NCBI GenBank assembly: GCA_951406725.2
Contig: OX597818.1
Location: 29,760,001-29,824,000, forward strand
Direction of reading: 5' to 3'
DNA: 64,000 nt
Source: Octopus vulgaris
Taxonomy: Eukaryota
Positions 1-14,660 of this stretch are shown here, piece by piece. Position 1 is the stretch's first letter, and the number at the start of each line of letters is the position of its first letter. The position numbers and the translations under genes were made by a program. The notes below the pieces were generated by a model. The model had not been told where the DNA came from. It was given only the letters and a program-made list of their open reading frames with translations, and searched no databases.

Positions 1-256
1 AATCAATAGCCTTTAGTTTGATTATAGAAGAATGACTGAAATCAGCTGTTGGGAAAATGATCACACTATTTCACACCACGGAATGTTTTTTTTCTTTTTG
101 GATCCTGCTAAATTCAAGAATTCTTGGAAGTAAAAATAAATTTTTACAATACCACATCCTCCACACTTACATGATTTTGCATGTTTTTTTCTTTTTTTGA
201 TCCTGTTCTGAATTATCAAAATGATGCTGAAATGAATTTCATGAAATTTCAGGCAT

Positions 257-475
257 TTCATCATCATCATCATCATCATTGTTTAACGTCTTGCTTTCCA
301 TGCTGGCATGGGTTGAACGGTTCAACTGGGGTCTGGGAAGCCAGAAGGCTGCACCAGGCCCAGTCTGATCTGGCAGTGTTTCTACAGCTGGATGCCCTTC
401 CTAATGCCAACCACTCCGTGAGTGTAGTGGGTGCTTTTTACATGCCACCAGCACAGGTGCCAGGCAAGGCTGGCA
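257..475 (-). mobile_element. 3' terminal module of RTE-type retroposon, with (GAT)n tail
   Basis: (CAT)n followed by gtttaacgtc...ctacagctggatgcccttcctaatgccaaccac. The same module recurs about ten times in the window and is contiguous with RTE ORF remnants at 7385-8640 and 12974-14660. Confidence 0.75.
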
Positions 476-3400
476 ATAATAATAAAAGCAAAATTTTGTC
501 TGTCCACCTGGGATCCCTGGATCTCAGTCTACATTTGCTGTGCATAGACATATTATACCTTTTTTGAATCAGGATGATCCCAGGATTGAAAATTTGCCCT
601 TCATTTGGTTCTTGAACAGCCAGCATTGGGATCTGATTTAAAAGCATTTGGGATGCTATTTCCAGCAGGTAAAGCTTGGCTGATTCACACCATCTTGCTG
701 TTTGTCAGATAATGTCAAAAATCAAGGGGGAGATAAATGACATTTGCGTCATTAATTTTACATTGAGATAAGAACGTTGAACAAATTGGCCAACAGTTGG
801 AATTCAACTTGGGACTGGAACAATAGAATGATTGCATTACAGAACTAATTCTGATCCATCCTTAACCTCTGATCAAAAACCACAGGGGCATATAGTCATT
901 ATAGATGTATTATAGTCATGCAATTCAGCCCTCTTTAGTTTTGGGCCACAGGCCCAATTAGCTCTCCACAGGAGCTAGCTCAAAAGCCTGCACAGAGTGC
1001 AGCTCTTAAGCTAGTATATAATAATGTTAAGGCAGAACTTAGCCACATAAAAGTTAAATATCTCAAGCTTTGTTTCCAGAAGTGGCAGAAATATTGAAGC
1101 TGGTGCATATCAGCAGGAAAAAATTACTATGAAGTGAATAATACACAATACATGAACATTGGTCTTCAAAATATTTGTAGTCTTAGTGAATTGTTTTCAC
1201 TTTTTTCATCATCAGACCTTTATTATTGAAGTTTCATTGTAACTTTCAATTATCCAATTATAATAATTATATGAATCCAGGTCATAAAATTTTGGGAAAA
1301 AGTAAATGTTAAGCAAGAAGGATTTAGTGAAAAAAAAACTTACATGTTCAAAGTAAATAATACTGGATTCAAGAGAATTGTGTGAGCTTGTGTTTATTAT
1401 GTCAACCAATTTTGCTCCAATTTTCTGTATTCTAAAACAGATTAACATGTATTTTTGTATAATTGTTTCAAAGCAAAAAAAAAAAAAAAAATACAGAAAT
1501 TAGGTGAGGTGAAGCAAATTATACCAAAGGATGGATAGGAGTTATAATGAATCTTCATAAATAGCTTTATAAATTTTCCATTTAAACCATGGCTTTAGGT
1601 ATAGCTTCCAGGTTGAGACACCTTATGTAAATAAAGATGCAAATAACATTGTATAAAAATATGTTAACTTTCAAATATATTTAATAAAATGTATTTAAAA
1701 TGCATTGAAAAGATTTGCTAATTATAAATCACAGTTCTTTTGTTTACTACATGAAAATAATTCTTGTAAAACGTTGATAATAAAATATATTAACATGTAT
1801 AATAATGATTCTAACATAGGTACAAGGCCTATAATTTATAGTCAAGAATATTTCCTACAATTGACCTATCTTAGATCTGTGATTCTGAACCTCAGTGTTT
1901 GTATTCCTTTGGGTGCATTGGGAACTTACAAGGAATCCATAAATATCTAGGGGTGCCTAGTAAGTGTTCAGAGGGGTTATGGTTTTTCTTAGAAATTACA
2001 TATTAAAAGGAGCTACTGTATGCAGTTTTAAAAAATTTTCAAAAATCTTCGTCAGAATTGGAATATAAATAGGTTTTGTGTTATAAGTGAGCAGAAGCAT
2101 GACTGATGAAGCACCAAGGTCCAATATAATTATAATATAAGTACTCACATTCTTCAGCAATTTCCATAAAAATTTTACATAGGGGACAAATATCTAAAAA
2201 GAAGGATAGTATAAGAAAATATGGATAATATACTACTGTGCAAAATTAGCTTTTGTTTTGATTGAAATAATCTGGTGTCTCTTCATTTATTTAATTTATT
2301 TACTTTCAAAACACTTGAGAAGGCATGTGTAAAATGCCATTCCATGACAGAGGGTACTAAACTAGAAATAGAGAACCACTGCTTGCTGACAAAATATTTC
2401 ATGGTTGCTTCATCAGTCAAGAGAGATGTTGGCTTTGCCGTTGTTGATTTCATTCATAATTTTGTCATTGGGAAAGTGCTCTACAGTGTGGAAATAAAAA
2501 GAGGACCCCACCTTACAGTTATTGTTGCTTCATGTTGTTGAAATGTAACTTTCTTCCTGCTTGAGCTTTGCCAACTGGAAAGAATCAATAGGATGCAAGT
2601 TAGTCAGGAAGCATCTTCATAGTTGTTCAACCTCCTAGAAATAGTAGGAAATCTTTCTAAAACCATAACCTACTGGTTTGGGAAAGGAAAAGGTACAATG
2701 AATACAGGCTTAAACATTAAGCTCAGCACTGCTACCCAACAAAATGCTCATCACATATGTAATATATCTATTTGCCCACAACAGAGAATTGGTGCACTTC
2801 TCCCTGTGGAATATATTTTAGTTGTAAGGAGCAGTTGGCATTATCAATGTTCTCTGCTACTTCTGTTAATATCTGATGCCAAGAGAAGGTAGGACCAAAT
2901 CATCTAGGTGCTGTTGTCATTGTTCTTGTTTGAAGAGATGATAAATGTAGTTGATAGAGAGCCTTGTCTTTTAGGGGTGTCATGGACAACATTAGCTAAT
3001 ATGTCCTTCCTTTTAATAAGATTGTAGGTTGTGAGTTGAGGAAAATTTAGATGTTATTTCTAGCAGATCAAGCGACCAAATAGATGCTCCTTCATTAACT
3101 TATCTGATATTGAGTAAATGGGAACAATCATACTGTGGTGTGCTCTTGAGCAAAACATTTAACTTTATCTTACAACTTAACTATGGAAATAGGTCTCTAA
3201 CTGCCACTAGAAATAGCAACAAAATTTCCTCAAATTGCACCCAACCATCTTAAAAGGAAAAGGATGCATTAGCCAATGTAATTTGAGATATACAAAAAGA
3301 TGTGATAATCAGAGCTGAAATGCTTTCAACAACAACAAATTGTAAGAGAGCAATGTCCAAACCAGAGGAGGTTTTATCTCCCATCCGCTTCTTGCCATAA

Positions 3401-3850
3401 TACCAGAGCTTAGCTCTAATCCCCAGGGTATAGTAGGATAAATGGTATTGTCAAGCAAATTTCACTAAACTTTCATTGGTGTGGTGTTAAGAAAATGAAA
3501 ATCAATTAGTTTTACAAAGATCAATTTTTTTTTATTAAATTTTATTCAAACAAAAAGAATAGCATTGTTATTATATATACTATTATTGAAATTGTAAGAT
3601 GAACAGTGTGTGATAGTAAATTCGCAGTGAATGAAATTAGCCTTTGAATCTATTGAATTTGCTTTCCTTGTGTAAATGAAATAGGCATGAATATCATGTC
3701 TCCTTATTTCTGGTCTCCTCTAACTCTAAGACATTTGGTTTATATATTAGAGGAGTAGGAATATTTGAAGGCTATAGCAGTATGCATCGTATTAAATGCT
3801 ATATAGTGCTTACATTCATCTGCAAGATGTTTCCAGTGAATATTGCCAAG

Positions 3851-3885
<35 letters not shown>

Positions 3886-4059
3886 CCATTACATCAAGTC
3901 TAATCCCTTGGATAAGTATATTTGGTTCTACATTTGTCTCTTCTGGATCATATATAAACATCACTTTAATCTTCTTCAGGCTTATCATAAGTCCAAGGCA
4001 GTACAGGTACTGAAAAGAAGTATATTACTGAATGTTTTGTTTCAAGTGAACCACAAGTA

Positions 4060-5650
4060 CTCACCAGCATATAATCAATTGCAAATGGCAGTTACAAAGG
4101 TCTTTGATTTGACACTGAAATGATTTGTATTAAACAATTAACCTGTAGTACAATTGCAAACAAAAATGCCTGGATCACAGTCCTTAAATGCGGGAGTAAT
4201 CACCACTGCAATCTATACAAAGATAGAAGTTGGCACAGGTATATGCCCTATTTAACACCACTGTTTGCTGGAATTGGTTCCAACTTAACACCGAGTTGAT
4301 GTAGGCCTTCATAGCAGTGTATAGCCAGACAATCAGGTCAATAAATATAGGTGGGAACACAAACTTGCCTGAGAGTCTCCTCAATGCATTTCTACTCACT
4401 ATGGTATTAGATCCAAGAAAACTTGGTAAAATGCAAACTCTGTTCTATCCATTTCTGTTATCTGCGAGGTAGGAAAGGTGTATCAAAAGATGTTGAGGTA
4501 GCAGATGAAATAGGCATGTGAACGACATCAAAGTAAAACAATGGGAAAGCATCAGATTGTGATTTAAATAATTTATTTCATTGACACTTGCATTTACTTG
4601 TTGTATACACAAAAAGTTTCACAACATGACATTACCAACTTGCTTTGAGTTGGTAATGAAGGAAATAAACAGGGGAAATACTGTGTCGATGTGATAAGGT
4701 AGAACCAGGCATGTTCTGTGTCTGTGTATGCGTTGGTCATTCGGTGGTATCTGTTTATGTTCTGTGACTGCTACTGTGTTGGGTCATTCATGCTGAATAT
4801 GTGGTTCTATGTTGGCTGCTTGACTGGTGCAAGTTAACTGCTGTCTGTCGATGGTTTGCCTCTTGAGAGTTTGACTGGTAATGGCTATCTGCAGTCCCTT
4901 GACTGATTGCTGTATTTATAATGGTCATGACAGCTAGAAGGACAGACATACCACAGGAGTAATTTCTACTTAATGTAGGTTGCCTCCTGTCCACTTGAAC
5001 CTTAAATGATACAGCTCAGGTTGAAGGTCAAAGAGAAATCCATCCATCACTTTTTGATGGGGCAAAGAAATTTCTTTCACACCTATTTTGCCAGTGGTGG
5101 ATCAGACAAGCGAGAATCCTTAGATTTGGTTTCGAATCTCCGCTCGGAAAAAGGAAGTGTAAGTTTTTACATCAGTGATTATATCTTTACCAGATTAAAA
5201 TCCACATTGAGACTATAGGACAACAATTGAGCATATATATGTCTGCAGCCAAGTCTGGCAAATATCTTGCCAAAAATTGCAATAAAGAAATACTACTTAA
5301 GTTACCACAGTTTGACATAGCACCCTTTGCCTTGTACAGTAAAATCAATATAGCACTTCTCCAGTGGAACTGGTGAGCCATTCCACACTTTGATAATTTA
5401 TGAGATCACAAGATCAGCCACTATATCCCCACCATGCTTAATAACTTCAGCTGCTATATCATTAGCTCCTGTGATTTTTATGAGTTGATGTTTTAATGGC
5501 AATTTTTAACTTCCCCTGTGTTAGGATTATAATGTGTTTCTTAAATAACATGATGCAGTGACAGATTTTTCTGTGATGCTTTTGTCAATAATGGAAATAT
5601 TATGACAAGGAGAATACATTCAGCATAACTGATTAAAGTGAATCTGTCTT
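4060..5650 (-). mobile_element. Highly degenerate RTE-like LINE reverse transcriptase fragments
   Basis: Minus-strand peptides AAEVIKHGG, WRSAILILLYKAKGAMSNCGNLSSISLL (like RT 'KGDRxxCxNYRGISLL') and VSRNALRRLSGKFVFPPIFIDLI. Interrupted and frameshifted. Confidence 0.65.
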
Positions 5651-6899
5651 TTGGGAATACAGAGGAGCAAATATCTGTATTTGCACATGTAGCTTATGTC
5701 AAGCTTATGTTATACAAATTCATATGCTTCTTAAACTTTTCAAACTAGCCTTTATTAGCCAAAAAAGTTCTTTCAATAGATATTTCATTTATCTTTTTCT
5801 GTAAATCATAAGAGAAACTTTTGGCTTATTTTAAAAATTTAATTACTATTATGCTTACTGGTACATTATGTTGAGTCTAATCCTTAATCCATACACTCAA
5901 GAGCCATTCCATCTTAAGAACAACATTAAATCTATGAAAAAATAAAATCTAAGAGATTGATAGAGTGGCTTCCTGAGCTCTTTAGTTTTTTTCTCTAATG
6001 TCGCATATTGTTCCCATCATAAACATTGCAAGTCTTAGTGTTTTGATAATGTGGCTGTTTTTCTCTTCCATGTCAAACTTTCCTAAAACATGAAGTTTAA
6101 TATCTAATATGATTAATCCCTTTGTGGTTCCTTTTTGCACTATTGTCTTCAGTTCCACTTGATGGTCTCTTTCCAGACATCTTCAATTGTAGGTAAATCC
6201 AACAGCAGCAATGATCAACAATTATCCATAATAAATAAGTATGAAAAAAATGGCACCAGTAAAGAACAGTTCTGTAGCAAAAAATGTAAGAATGGAAACG
6301 AGAAGATGAATGTGGTGCAGCAGTAAGGTGGGAGAAAGTAGCATGTGATTACAGTTAGTTTGAGGAATAGCAGGTTCATGGATACTTCGCCCTTTGCTCT
6401 TCTTGCCTAAGCCATTAAAACTCCACACTCTACTCTCTCACACATGCATGCAAACACACAAACACTTATACACACACACTCTGCTGTGTTGACATACAAC
6501 ATATGTAACTACAAACATTGCTATGAAGCTGATAATATTATTGCTATTGCTAGTTGGTTATTCAAAAGTTGATGGGTTGGTAGTGGTGATAGCATTGGCT
6601 CTATTCATTTTGGTGTTGTTGGTGAAGGCTATATTTTTCTTGTTAATTGCATCGTTGTTGTTTGGTCTCAAGTTAATTTTCATTGGCTTGAAATAAAAGT
6701 CATTTCATTCAATATTTTAAAATACACAAGGGTATCACTTTACCTCATGTCATTGTCTTTTTGTTCATTCTGTTGTTGCGGTTGTTGTTGATCATTAAGG
6801 AATTGTTGGTTTGGTAATGGCGGGCAATAGCATTGGTTTTTATGTTGATGCTTGTTGTTTTGGTGTTGATAACAGACAGTGGTGTTGGTGGACAAGGCT

Positions 6900-6900
<1 letters not shown>

Positions 6901-6932
<32 letters not shown>

Positions 6933-6933
6933 T

Positions 6934-6971
<38 letters not shown>

Positions 6972-6998
6972 GGGAGAGAGAGAGAGAGAGAGAAAGAG
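6901..6998. repeat. Compound (CA)n/(GA)n microsatellite
   Basis: Directly visible dinucleotide tracts. Confidence 0.9.
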
Positions 6999-7384
6999 AT
7001 AATAGATATTCATTGTGACCCAAGAAAATATATACAAATATTCACACACAAAAATTCAGTGAAAAATTCCTCCTCCCATAGTTTGTAAGTGTCTATAGTG
7101 ACACTAACCAGTTTTGTACACACACGTATAGACACATATGTGTATTTATGTTTGTGTATACACACACACACACTCACAGTGTGTAGGAGTTGTTGAATAC
7201 TGATGGTTCGTAACTGTCATGAATTAATTAAAGCTTCATGTCTCTCTATACATTTGTGCAAAAGAAGTTTTTGTCTCAGATTCAAATGATTGTTTTATAT
7301 GAAAGGCTTGTAATTGACATGAAACTTAAAGCTACAAAGCAGTTGTCATTACAAACTGTTTATACAATATTTGTTGTATATATA

Positions 7385-8640
7385 TCATCATCATCTTTTA
7401 GCATCCGCTTTCAATGCTGGCATCGGTTTGACGGTTTGACTGGGGACTGGCGAACCAAATGGCTGCACCAGGCTCCAATCTGATCTGGCAGAGTTTCTAC
7501 AGCTGGATGCCCTTCCTAATGCCAATCACTCCAAGAGTGTAGTGGATGCTTTTACGGGCCAGTCAGGCGGTACTGGCAACAGCCACACTCAAATGGTGTT
7601 TTTCATGCCACCTGCACAGGAGCCAGTCCAGCAGCACTGGCAATGACCTCACTCGAATGTTGTTTTTCACATACCACTGGCACAAGTGCCAGTAAGGCGA
7701 TGCTGGTAATGCTCACGCTCAAATGGTGCGTTTTACGTACCACCAACCCTGGCAATGATCATGCTCGGATGGTGCTCTTAGTGCTCCACTAGCACAGATG
7801 CCGATCATGCAGTGCTGTCATTGAATTTGATTTCGATTTCACTTGCCTCAACAGGTCTTTGCAAGCAGAGTTTATTGACCAACGAAAGAAAGGTATGCCT
7901 AAGTGGGTTGGTTACACCACTGGCATAGGCCATGTGTTATGGTCTCACTAAGCTTGCCGGGTCTTCTCAAGCACAGCATATTTCCAAAGGTTTTGGTCAC
8001 TAGTCATTGCCTCGGAGAGGCCTAATGTTTGAAGGTCATGCTCCATCACCTCATCTCAGGTCTTCCTAGATTTACCACTTCCATAGGTTCCCTCAACCAC
8101 TAGAGTGTGACACTTTTTCACACAACTATCCTCATCCAGTCGCATTACATGACTATACCAGCATAGTCGTCTCTCTTGCACACCACATCTGATGCTTCTT
8201 AGGTTCAACTTTTCTCTCAAGGTGCTTACACTGTCGAGTATGCAGACTGACATTACACATCCATCGGATCATACTGGCTTCATTCCTTGCAAGCTTTTGC
8301 ATGTCCTCAGCAGTCACGGTCCAAGTTTCACTGCCATGTAGCATGGCTGTTCGTACACATGTGTTATACAGTCTACTTTTTACTCTGAGTGAGAGGCCCT
8401 TTGTCACCAGCAGAGGTAGGAGCTCTCTGAACTTTACCCAGACTATTTTTATTCTAGCAGCTACACTTTCAGAGCATCCACCTCTGCTACTGACTTAGTC
8501 ACCTAGGTAACCCAAGCTATCAACAACTACTTCTAGTTTTTCTCCCTGGAATGTGGCATAAGTTGTTCTCTGCACATTTTCAGTGTTTATTACTCCTGAG
8601 CATCTGCCACATACAAAAACTATCTTTCTAGTTAGCCTGT
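7385..8640 (-). mobile_element. RTE LINE 3' part (RT C-terminus, 3' UTR and tail)
   Basis: Peptides KSRLYNTCVRTAMLHGSETW...EASMIRWMC and QERRLCWYSHVMRLDEDSCVKK...GKSRKT, followed by the 3' module with (GAT)n tail. Confidence 0.85.
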
Positions 8641-8900
8641 ATATATCATTCATCATCATCATCATTATTCAACATTCACATTTCTGTGCTTTTATGGTTT
8701 GGATGGGGTTTATTGAGACAAGTTTTTAAAGGCTGGATGCCCTTCCTATTGCCAACACTCACCTATTTTCAAGTAAAGTAATATTTCCCCACGGCCAGAC
8801 ATGTTCTCACAGAATATTGGAAATGAATGACATTGCTTGTATCACAGTGACAATTATTTACAACTTTTATGCAATACCAAGAAAAGGAGACACATACACA

Positions 8901-8931
<31 letters not shown>

Positions 8932-9019
8932 GTACATATATACATCCATATATACTTATATATACATACATACTTACACACACACATATATATATATATT
9001 TAATATATGTATATACATA

Positions 9020-9392
9020 GGTGCAGGGGTGGCTGTGTGGTAAGAAGCTTGCTTCCAACCACATGGTTATGGGTTCAGTCCCACTGCGTGGCACCTTGGG
9101 CAGGTGTCTTATACTATAGCCTTGGGCTGACCAAAGCCTTGTGAGTGGATTTGGTTGACGGAAACCAAAAGAAGCCTGTCGTATATATGTATTTGTGTGT
9201 TTGTATTTGTCTCCCCACCATCATTTGACAACCAATGTTGATGCATTTATGTCCCCGTAACTTATTGGCTTGGCAAAAGAGACCGTTAGAAAAAGTATTA
9301 GGCTTGCAAAGAATAAGTCCTGGGGGTGATTTGCTTAACTAAAAGCAGTGCTCCAGCATGGCCACAGTCAAATGACAAAACAAGTAAAAGAA
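9020..9392 (+). mobile_element. tRNA-derived SINE (abundant octopus-type family A)
   Basis: Head ggtgcaggggtggctgtgtggtaag (A-box) and gggttcagtccc (B-box), internal TA/TG tract, end gctccagcatggccacagtcaaatgac. Highly similar to the copies at 51243-51621 and 57028-57392. Confidence 0.85.
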
Positions 9393-9395
9393 TAT

Positions 9396-9463
<68 letters not shown>

Positions 9464-9499
9464 CTCTATTGGATGTGCAACATCAGTACACATGTACAG

Positions 9500-10812
9500 T
9501 AAAGTGCAAATGTACTGAGAGAAAGGTTTGGCATAAGAGGAATCAAATGTAGCATGCAAGAGAGAAGACTACGTTGGTTTGGACATGTGATGCGTATGAA
9601 TGAGGACAGCTGCATAAAGAAATGCTAGTCACTGAAAGTGGACGGTACCCTTGAAAGAGGGAGACCTAGGAAGACTTGGGATGAAGTGGTAAGGACTGAT
9701 CTCAGGAAGTTGGGCCTCATGGAGGAAATGACAATGGACTGAGAAGTCTGGCGATATGAAGTTCTTGAGGAGATCTGCCCATGTCAGCGAAACTGAGTTC
9801 TAGAAGCATTGTGTGTTCCACCCACACTTAACAAGAAAACGTCTCACACACACTACCACAACAAACCAAATTACATCTCTTCTCTTCCTCACATTTCTGC
9901 TTCATGTACTTTGATTACCTTCCACTCCCAAATCCTGTCCTCTTGGCCCTGTATCACTGTATCATTGTTCTCTGCTTGCCCCTGACCTGTGTGTTCTACC
10001 CACATGCCCTGTCTCACTCTACCATCTATCTGCTAGCCCCACCCCCGATCTGTGTTTTCCACCCACAAGGAACTCCTTCATACACTATGTCTGTCCTCAC
10101 ACTCCTGTTTCTCTGTACCATTGCTACCTAGTAGCCTCCCAGCTCCATAAATACACAGGTCTTTGCCACTTACTCACACTCTTTAATCACACTCCCTTTG
10201 CAATATTCTTCCACTTATATTATGGCATTTGAACCTCAAGGGTATGCCCTGGCACTTACCCCCATCTACATCTCTCTCTTCCTTTACTCTACCATCCCAT
10301 TTATATTCTGATCCTTGTTCCTTGAGAGTATGCCCAGCATTTTGCCGCCTTCTCTATCCTGCTGTCTCCCACTCTCTCTCCTTCTCTTGCATTTCCCTCA
10401 GGTTGGGTAACCATGTATTTCCTTTGCGGTAGCACACCTCTTTCTGTCTTCATTCCTGATATTTCTCTCTGGCTGGATAACCGTGTACTTCCTCTACACC
10501 AAGACATCTGTATCTGACACTATAACCTTTCTATCATCCAATACAAGATTACCTCCTCCAATGCCCCCTCTCCTCTTGAAAGTTTTTTTTTGTCTTGCAA
10601 GTACTTGGCGACTGTGTCAGTGCAGGTGCCACTTAAAAGCACCCAGTCCACACCGTAAAGTGGTTGGTGTTCAAAAGGGCATCCAGGTGTAAAAATCCTG
10701 CCAAAACAGTCACAGAAGTTTGGTGCAGGCTTTAGCCTAGCCGGCTCTTGTGAAACTGTCCCACTCATGCTAGCATAGAAGGTGGATGTTAAGCGATGAT
10801 GATGATGGTGAT
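9500..10812 (+). mobile_element. RTE LINE 3' end with long pyrimidine-rich 3' UTR
   Basis: RRLRWFGHVMRMNEDSCIKK...RGRPRKTWDEVV (9561-9690). Terminal module aagggcatccag...gttaagcgatgatgatgatg ends near 10812. Confidence 0.75.
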
Positions 10813-10890
10813 AATGTATGGATTTCATCATCCTGCTGATATCAACTGGTGAAATAAATATATTCATCTCATACCTCAGACTTTCTTCAT

Positions 10891-10957
<67 letters not shown>

Positions 10958-11334
10958 ATAAGGTATACACTCACACACACACACACATACATATATTTAT
11001 ATTTATATGTAAATTTTAAACACCATTTGTTCTCACTTTATATATACCTACACACATAAATCATTGCTATTATGCAAAGTGTTGTAAATCCAAAAGGTTA
11101 CTTTTTTAGAAACAAAAAATAGTTTCACCATTCCAAAGCAAAACCATTGTACTACACTTAAACAATTTTTGATATCTTGGTATTTGAAGCAGCTGGAGAT
11201 ATAGTTTGACCAAAAGAACTGGCTATTGTAAGTAAAAATAAGTACTGAAAAGGTCACATTTGGCCAAATTTGGACATACGCCAGTTTAGCATAATAGCAA
11301 CAATATACATACTCTTACTCTCTTTTTCACTCTA

Positions 11335-12860
11335 TAACTTGTTTCAGTCATTTGACTGCAGCCATGCTGGAGCACTGCATTTAGTCAAACAAATTGCCCC
11401 CAGGACTTATTCTTTGTAAGCCTAGTACTTATTCTTTTGGTCTCTTTATCCAAACTGCTAAGTTAGGGGAACATAAACACACCACCATCGGTTGTCAAGC
11501 GATGTTGGGGGGACAAACACATACACACACACACGTATATATATATATATACATAATTTTATTTAATTTGCTTTTTGCGGGAAGGAATGTTTCAATGAAG
11601 TCGTGTCTCGCCTTGACCTTTGAAACGCGGAGTAGATGAAACAGAGGTGACTGAAGAAGGGGAATTTTCCTTGTGTTGTTTGTCCTGTACTCTATTTTTT
11701 GTTGTTTAAGAAAAATGTCCATTTCCTTGGTTTTGTGTTTATGTTTTCGTTTCTCATTGTGTTCAACGTTTTTTTTTTTGTGTCCTGTACCCATATATGC
11801 ATGTATATATACATGTAGATGTAGGTACGTACATATATGTATGTGTATATGCATATGTTTTATTTATTAATTTGTTGTTATATGACGGAACGCATGCATC
11901 CATTTCTAAGTAAGTTTGTTCTTAATATTAATAATGATGTGCACTATTAACCTTTCTGTCCCCCTCCCTTTCTCAGCCTTCATCCTTTCTGGTTTCCTTT
12001 TCTTCTACCTTACTGTCTCTCCCTCTCTCTCTCTTTCTTCATTCTTTCTGGTTTTCTCTACAACCATTCCCTTTTTTTTCTCTCCTTTTCTCTTGCTTCT
12101 CCTCCTCCCTCCTGTCGTTGACGAGAGCTCTGCTACTGTCTTTCTGACCTGGCTTCCTTCAAGTGTGGATGGCTTTCCTGTCTCTCTCTTGCCATCCTTA
12201 AAAGCGTTCATAATATTTTTTCTTTCGTTCTGACTTAACAGCTCTTAATGTTTGTGTTACTGTTATTCTCCTTGTCCTGTCTTTTACTGTTTATATTTTG
12301 TACTGTCTTTACTGTCCTGTTTTTATTACCATTTTTACCCCTCCGCAAAATATCTCCAATTTTATTTAATTTGCTTTTTGCGGGAAGGAATGTTTCAACG
12401 AAGTCGTGTCTCACCTTGACCTTCGAAACGCAGAGTAGATGAAACAGAGGCGACTGAAGAAGGGGAATTTTCCTTGTGTTGTATGTCCTGTACTCTATTT
12501 TTTTGTTGTTTAAGAAAAATGTCCATTTTCTTGGGTTTGTGTTAATGTTTTCGTTTCTCATTGTGTTCGACGTTTTTTTTTTGTGTCCTGTACACATATA
12601 TGCATGTATATATACATGTAGATGTAGGTACATACATATATGTATGTATATATGCATATGTTTTATTTATTAATTTGTTATATATATATGTACATACATA
12701 TATACGATGGGCTTCTTTCAGTTTCCATCTACCAAATCCACTCACAAGGCTTTGGTCGGCCCGAGGCTATAATAGAAGACACTTGCCCAAGGTGCCATGC
12801 AGTGGGAATGAACCTGGAACCATGTGGTTGGTAAGCAAGCTACTTACCACACAGCTACTC
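11335..12860 (-). mobile_element. SINE family A copy split by a 1.1-kb insertion
   Basis: The SINE 3' half lies at 11335-11535 and the 5' half at 12705-12860. The break is in the SINE's internal TA tract. Confidence 0.8.
11555..12680. mobile_element. Non-coding element bounded by ~325-bp direct repeats (LTR- or Penelope pLTR-like)
   Basis: 11555-11880 and 12358-12680 are near-identical direct repeats starting aattttatttaatttgctttttgcgggaagg. They flank a pyrimidine-rich spacer. Confidence 0.7.
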
Positions 12861-12973
12861 CACACACACACACATACATATACCCTTATTCCTTTTTACT
12901 GAAGGCCTATTTGATGTCTGCCAGGATTTTTTAATCCCATTTTTTCCTATATATATATATATATATATATATA

Positions 12974-14660
12974 TCATCATCATCATCATCATCATTTAAC
13001 ATCTCTTTACATGCTAGCATAGGTTGGACGATTTGACTGGGGACTGGCGAACTAGATGGCTGCACCAGGCTCGAATCTGATCTGGCAGAGTTTCTACAAC
13101 TGGATGCTCTTCCTAACGCCAACCACTCTGAGAGTGTAGCAGCACGAGGGCCAGTCAGGTGGTACTGTAGCATGGCTGTTCACATACATGCATCATACAG
13201 TCTACATTTTACTCTGAGTGAGAGGCCCTTTGTCACCAGCAGAGGTAAGAGCTCACTGAGCTTTGCCCAGGCTATTCTTATTCTAGCAGCTACACTTTCA
13301 GTGCACCCTCACCTGCTACTGACTTGGTTACCTAGGTAGCAGAAGCTATCAACTACTTCTAGTTTTTCTCCCTGGAATGTGGTGGAAGTTGTTCTCTGCA
13401 CATTTTCAGTGTTTATTGCTCCTGAGCATCTGCCACATACAAAAACTATCTTCCCAGTTAGCCTTCCTTTGATATTGTTGCACCTCTTATGTATCCATAG
13501 CTTACACTGAGTACATCTTATAGAGTTTCTACCTACGAGCAGGGCCAACTACCTGAAGGGATTTGGGGTTTGCCTGCCTTCCTACTTATCAAGACTTTGG
13601 TTTTAGCTAGGTTGACTCTAAGGCCCTTCGATTCTAATCCTTGTTTCCAAACCTGAAACTTTTCCTCTAGTTCTGATAGTGACTCAGTAATTAGAGCAAG
13701 GTCGTGAGCATAGAGGAGCTCCCAGGGGCATCCTGTCTTGAATCCCTCTGTTATTGCCTGGAGGACTATGATAAATAGGAGGGGCTGAAGACTGAACCTT
13801 GGTGGACCTCTACCTCTACCCAGAATTCTTCACTGTACTCACTGCCAACCCTCACCTTACTGACAGCGTCCCTGTACATGGCTTGCACAGCTCTCACTAA
13901 CTATTTGTCTATCCCTAGTTTCCTCATTGACCACCAGAAAATGGATCGGGGGACCGTGTCAAAGGCTTTCTCCATGTCAACAAAAGCCAGGTACAGAGGT
14001 TTATCTTTGGCTAGGTATTTCTCCTGCAGCTGTCTTACTAGAAATATAGCATCAGTGGTGCTTTTCCCTGGCATGAACTGCATCTCATCTAAACTGACTG
14101 TCTCCCTAATTAGTTGGGCTATGACCCTCTCCGTGACCTTCATTTCCTGATCCAACAACTTGATACCTCTGTAATTATTTGTATCTAATGCATCACTTTT
14201 ACTTTTGAAGTAGTTGACTATAGTGTGCTGCTACACCAGTCATTGGGTATGACTCCTTCATGTATCACCTGGTTAACTATATGGGAGACTAGGCTATAGC
14301 TGACACTGCCAGATATTTTGAGCATCTCTGCAGTGATTCTTAATGGGCCGGGAGCTTTCCCTGTCTTCATACTCTTAATTGCTTTATCTACCAAAGTACT
14401 GTTAACTCGGATAGCTGGTCCCTCTGTTGGGTCGATATTCGGCAGACTCTCTTTCTCCCATTCATTTTCTTTATTGAGCAACTTTTCATAGTGGCCTCTC
14501 CAAACCTCTTTCTCTGCAGCCTCGCTTAGTGCGAGTGAACCATCATCCATGCGGACACATTTCTCTCCTACATCACGATTCTCTCTCACACACTGTCTTG
14601 CAACACGAAATACATCAAGTCTTTGGTCCTCACGGCACAGAAAAGCCAATTTCACTTCCA
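12974..14660 (-). mobile_element. RTE LINE fragment (RT domain) with internal deletion before the 3' module
   Basis: MKTGKAPGP, QFMPGKSTTDAIFLVRQLQEKYLAKDKPLYLAFVDMEKAFDTVPR and SIRCTQCKLWIHKRC, with frameshifts. (CAT)n tail at 12974. Confidence 0.9.

Noticed and set aside
6745-7049. HTHTH/ERERE/CVCVC ORFs here and elsewhere
   Set aside because: They are translations of microsatellites.
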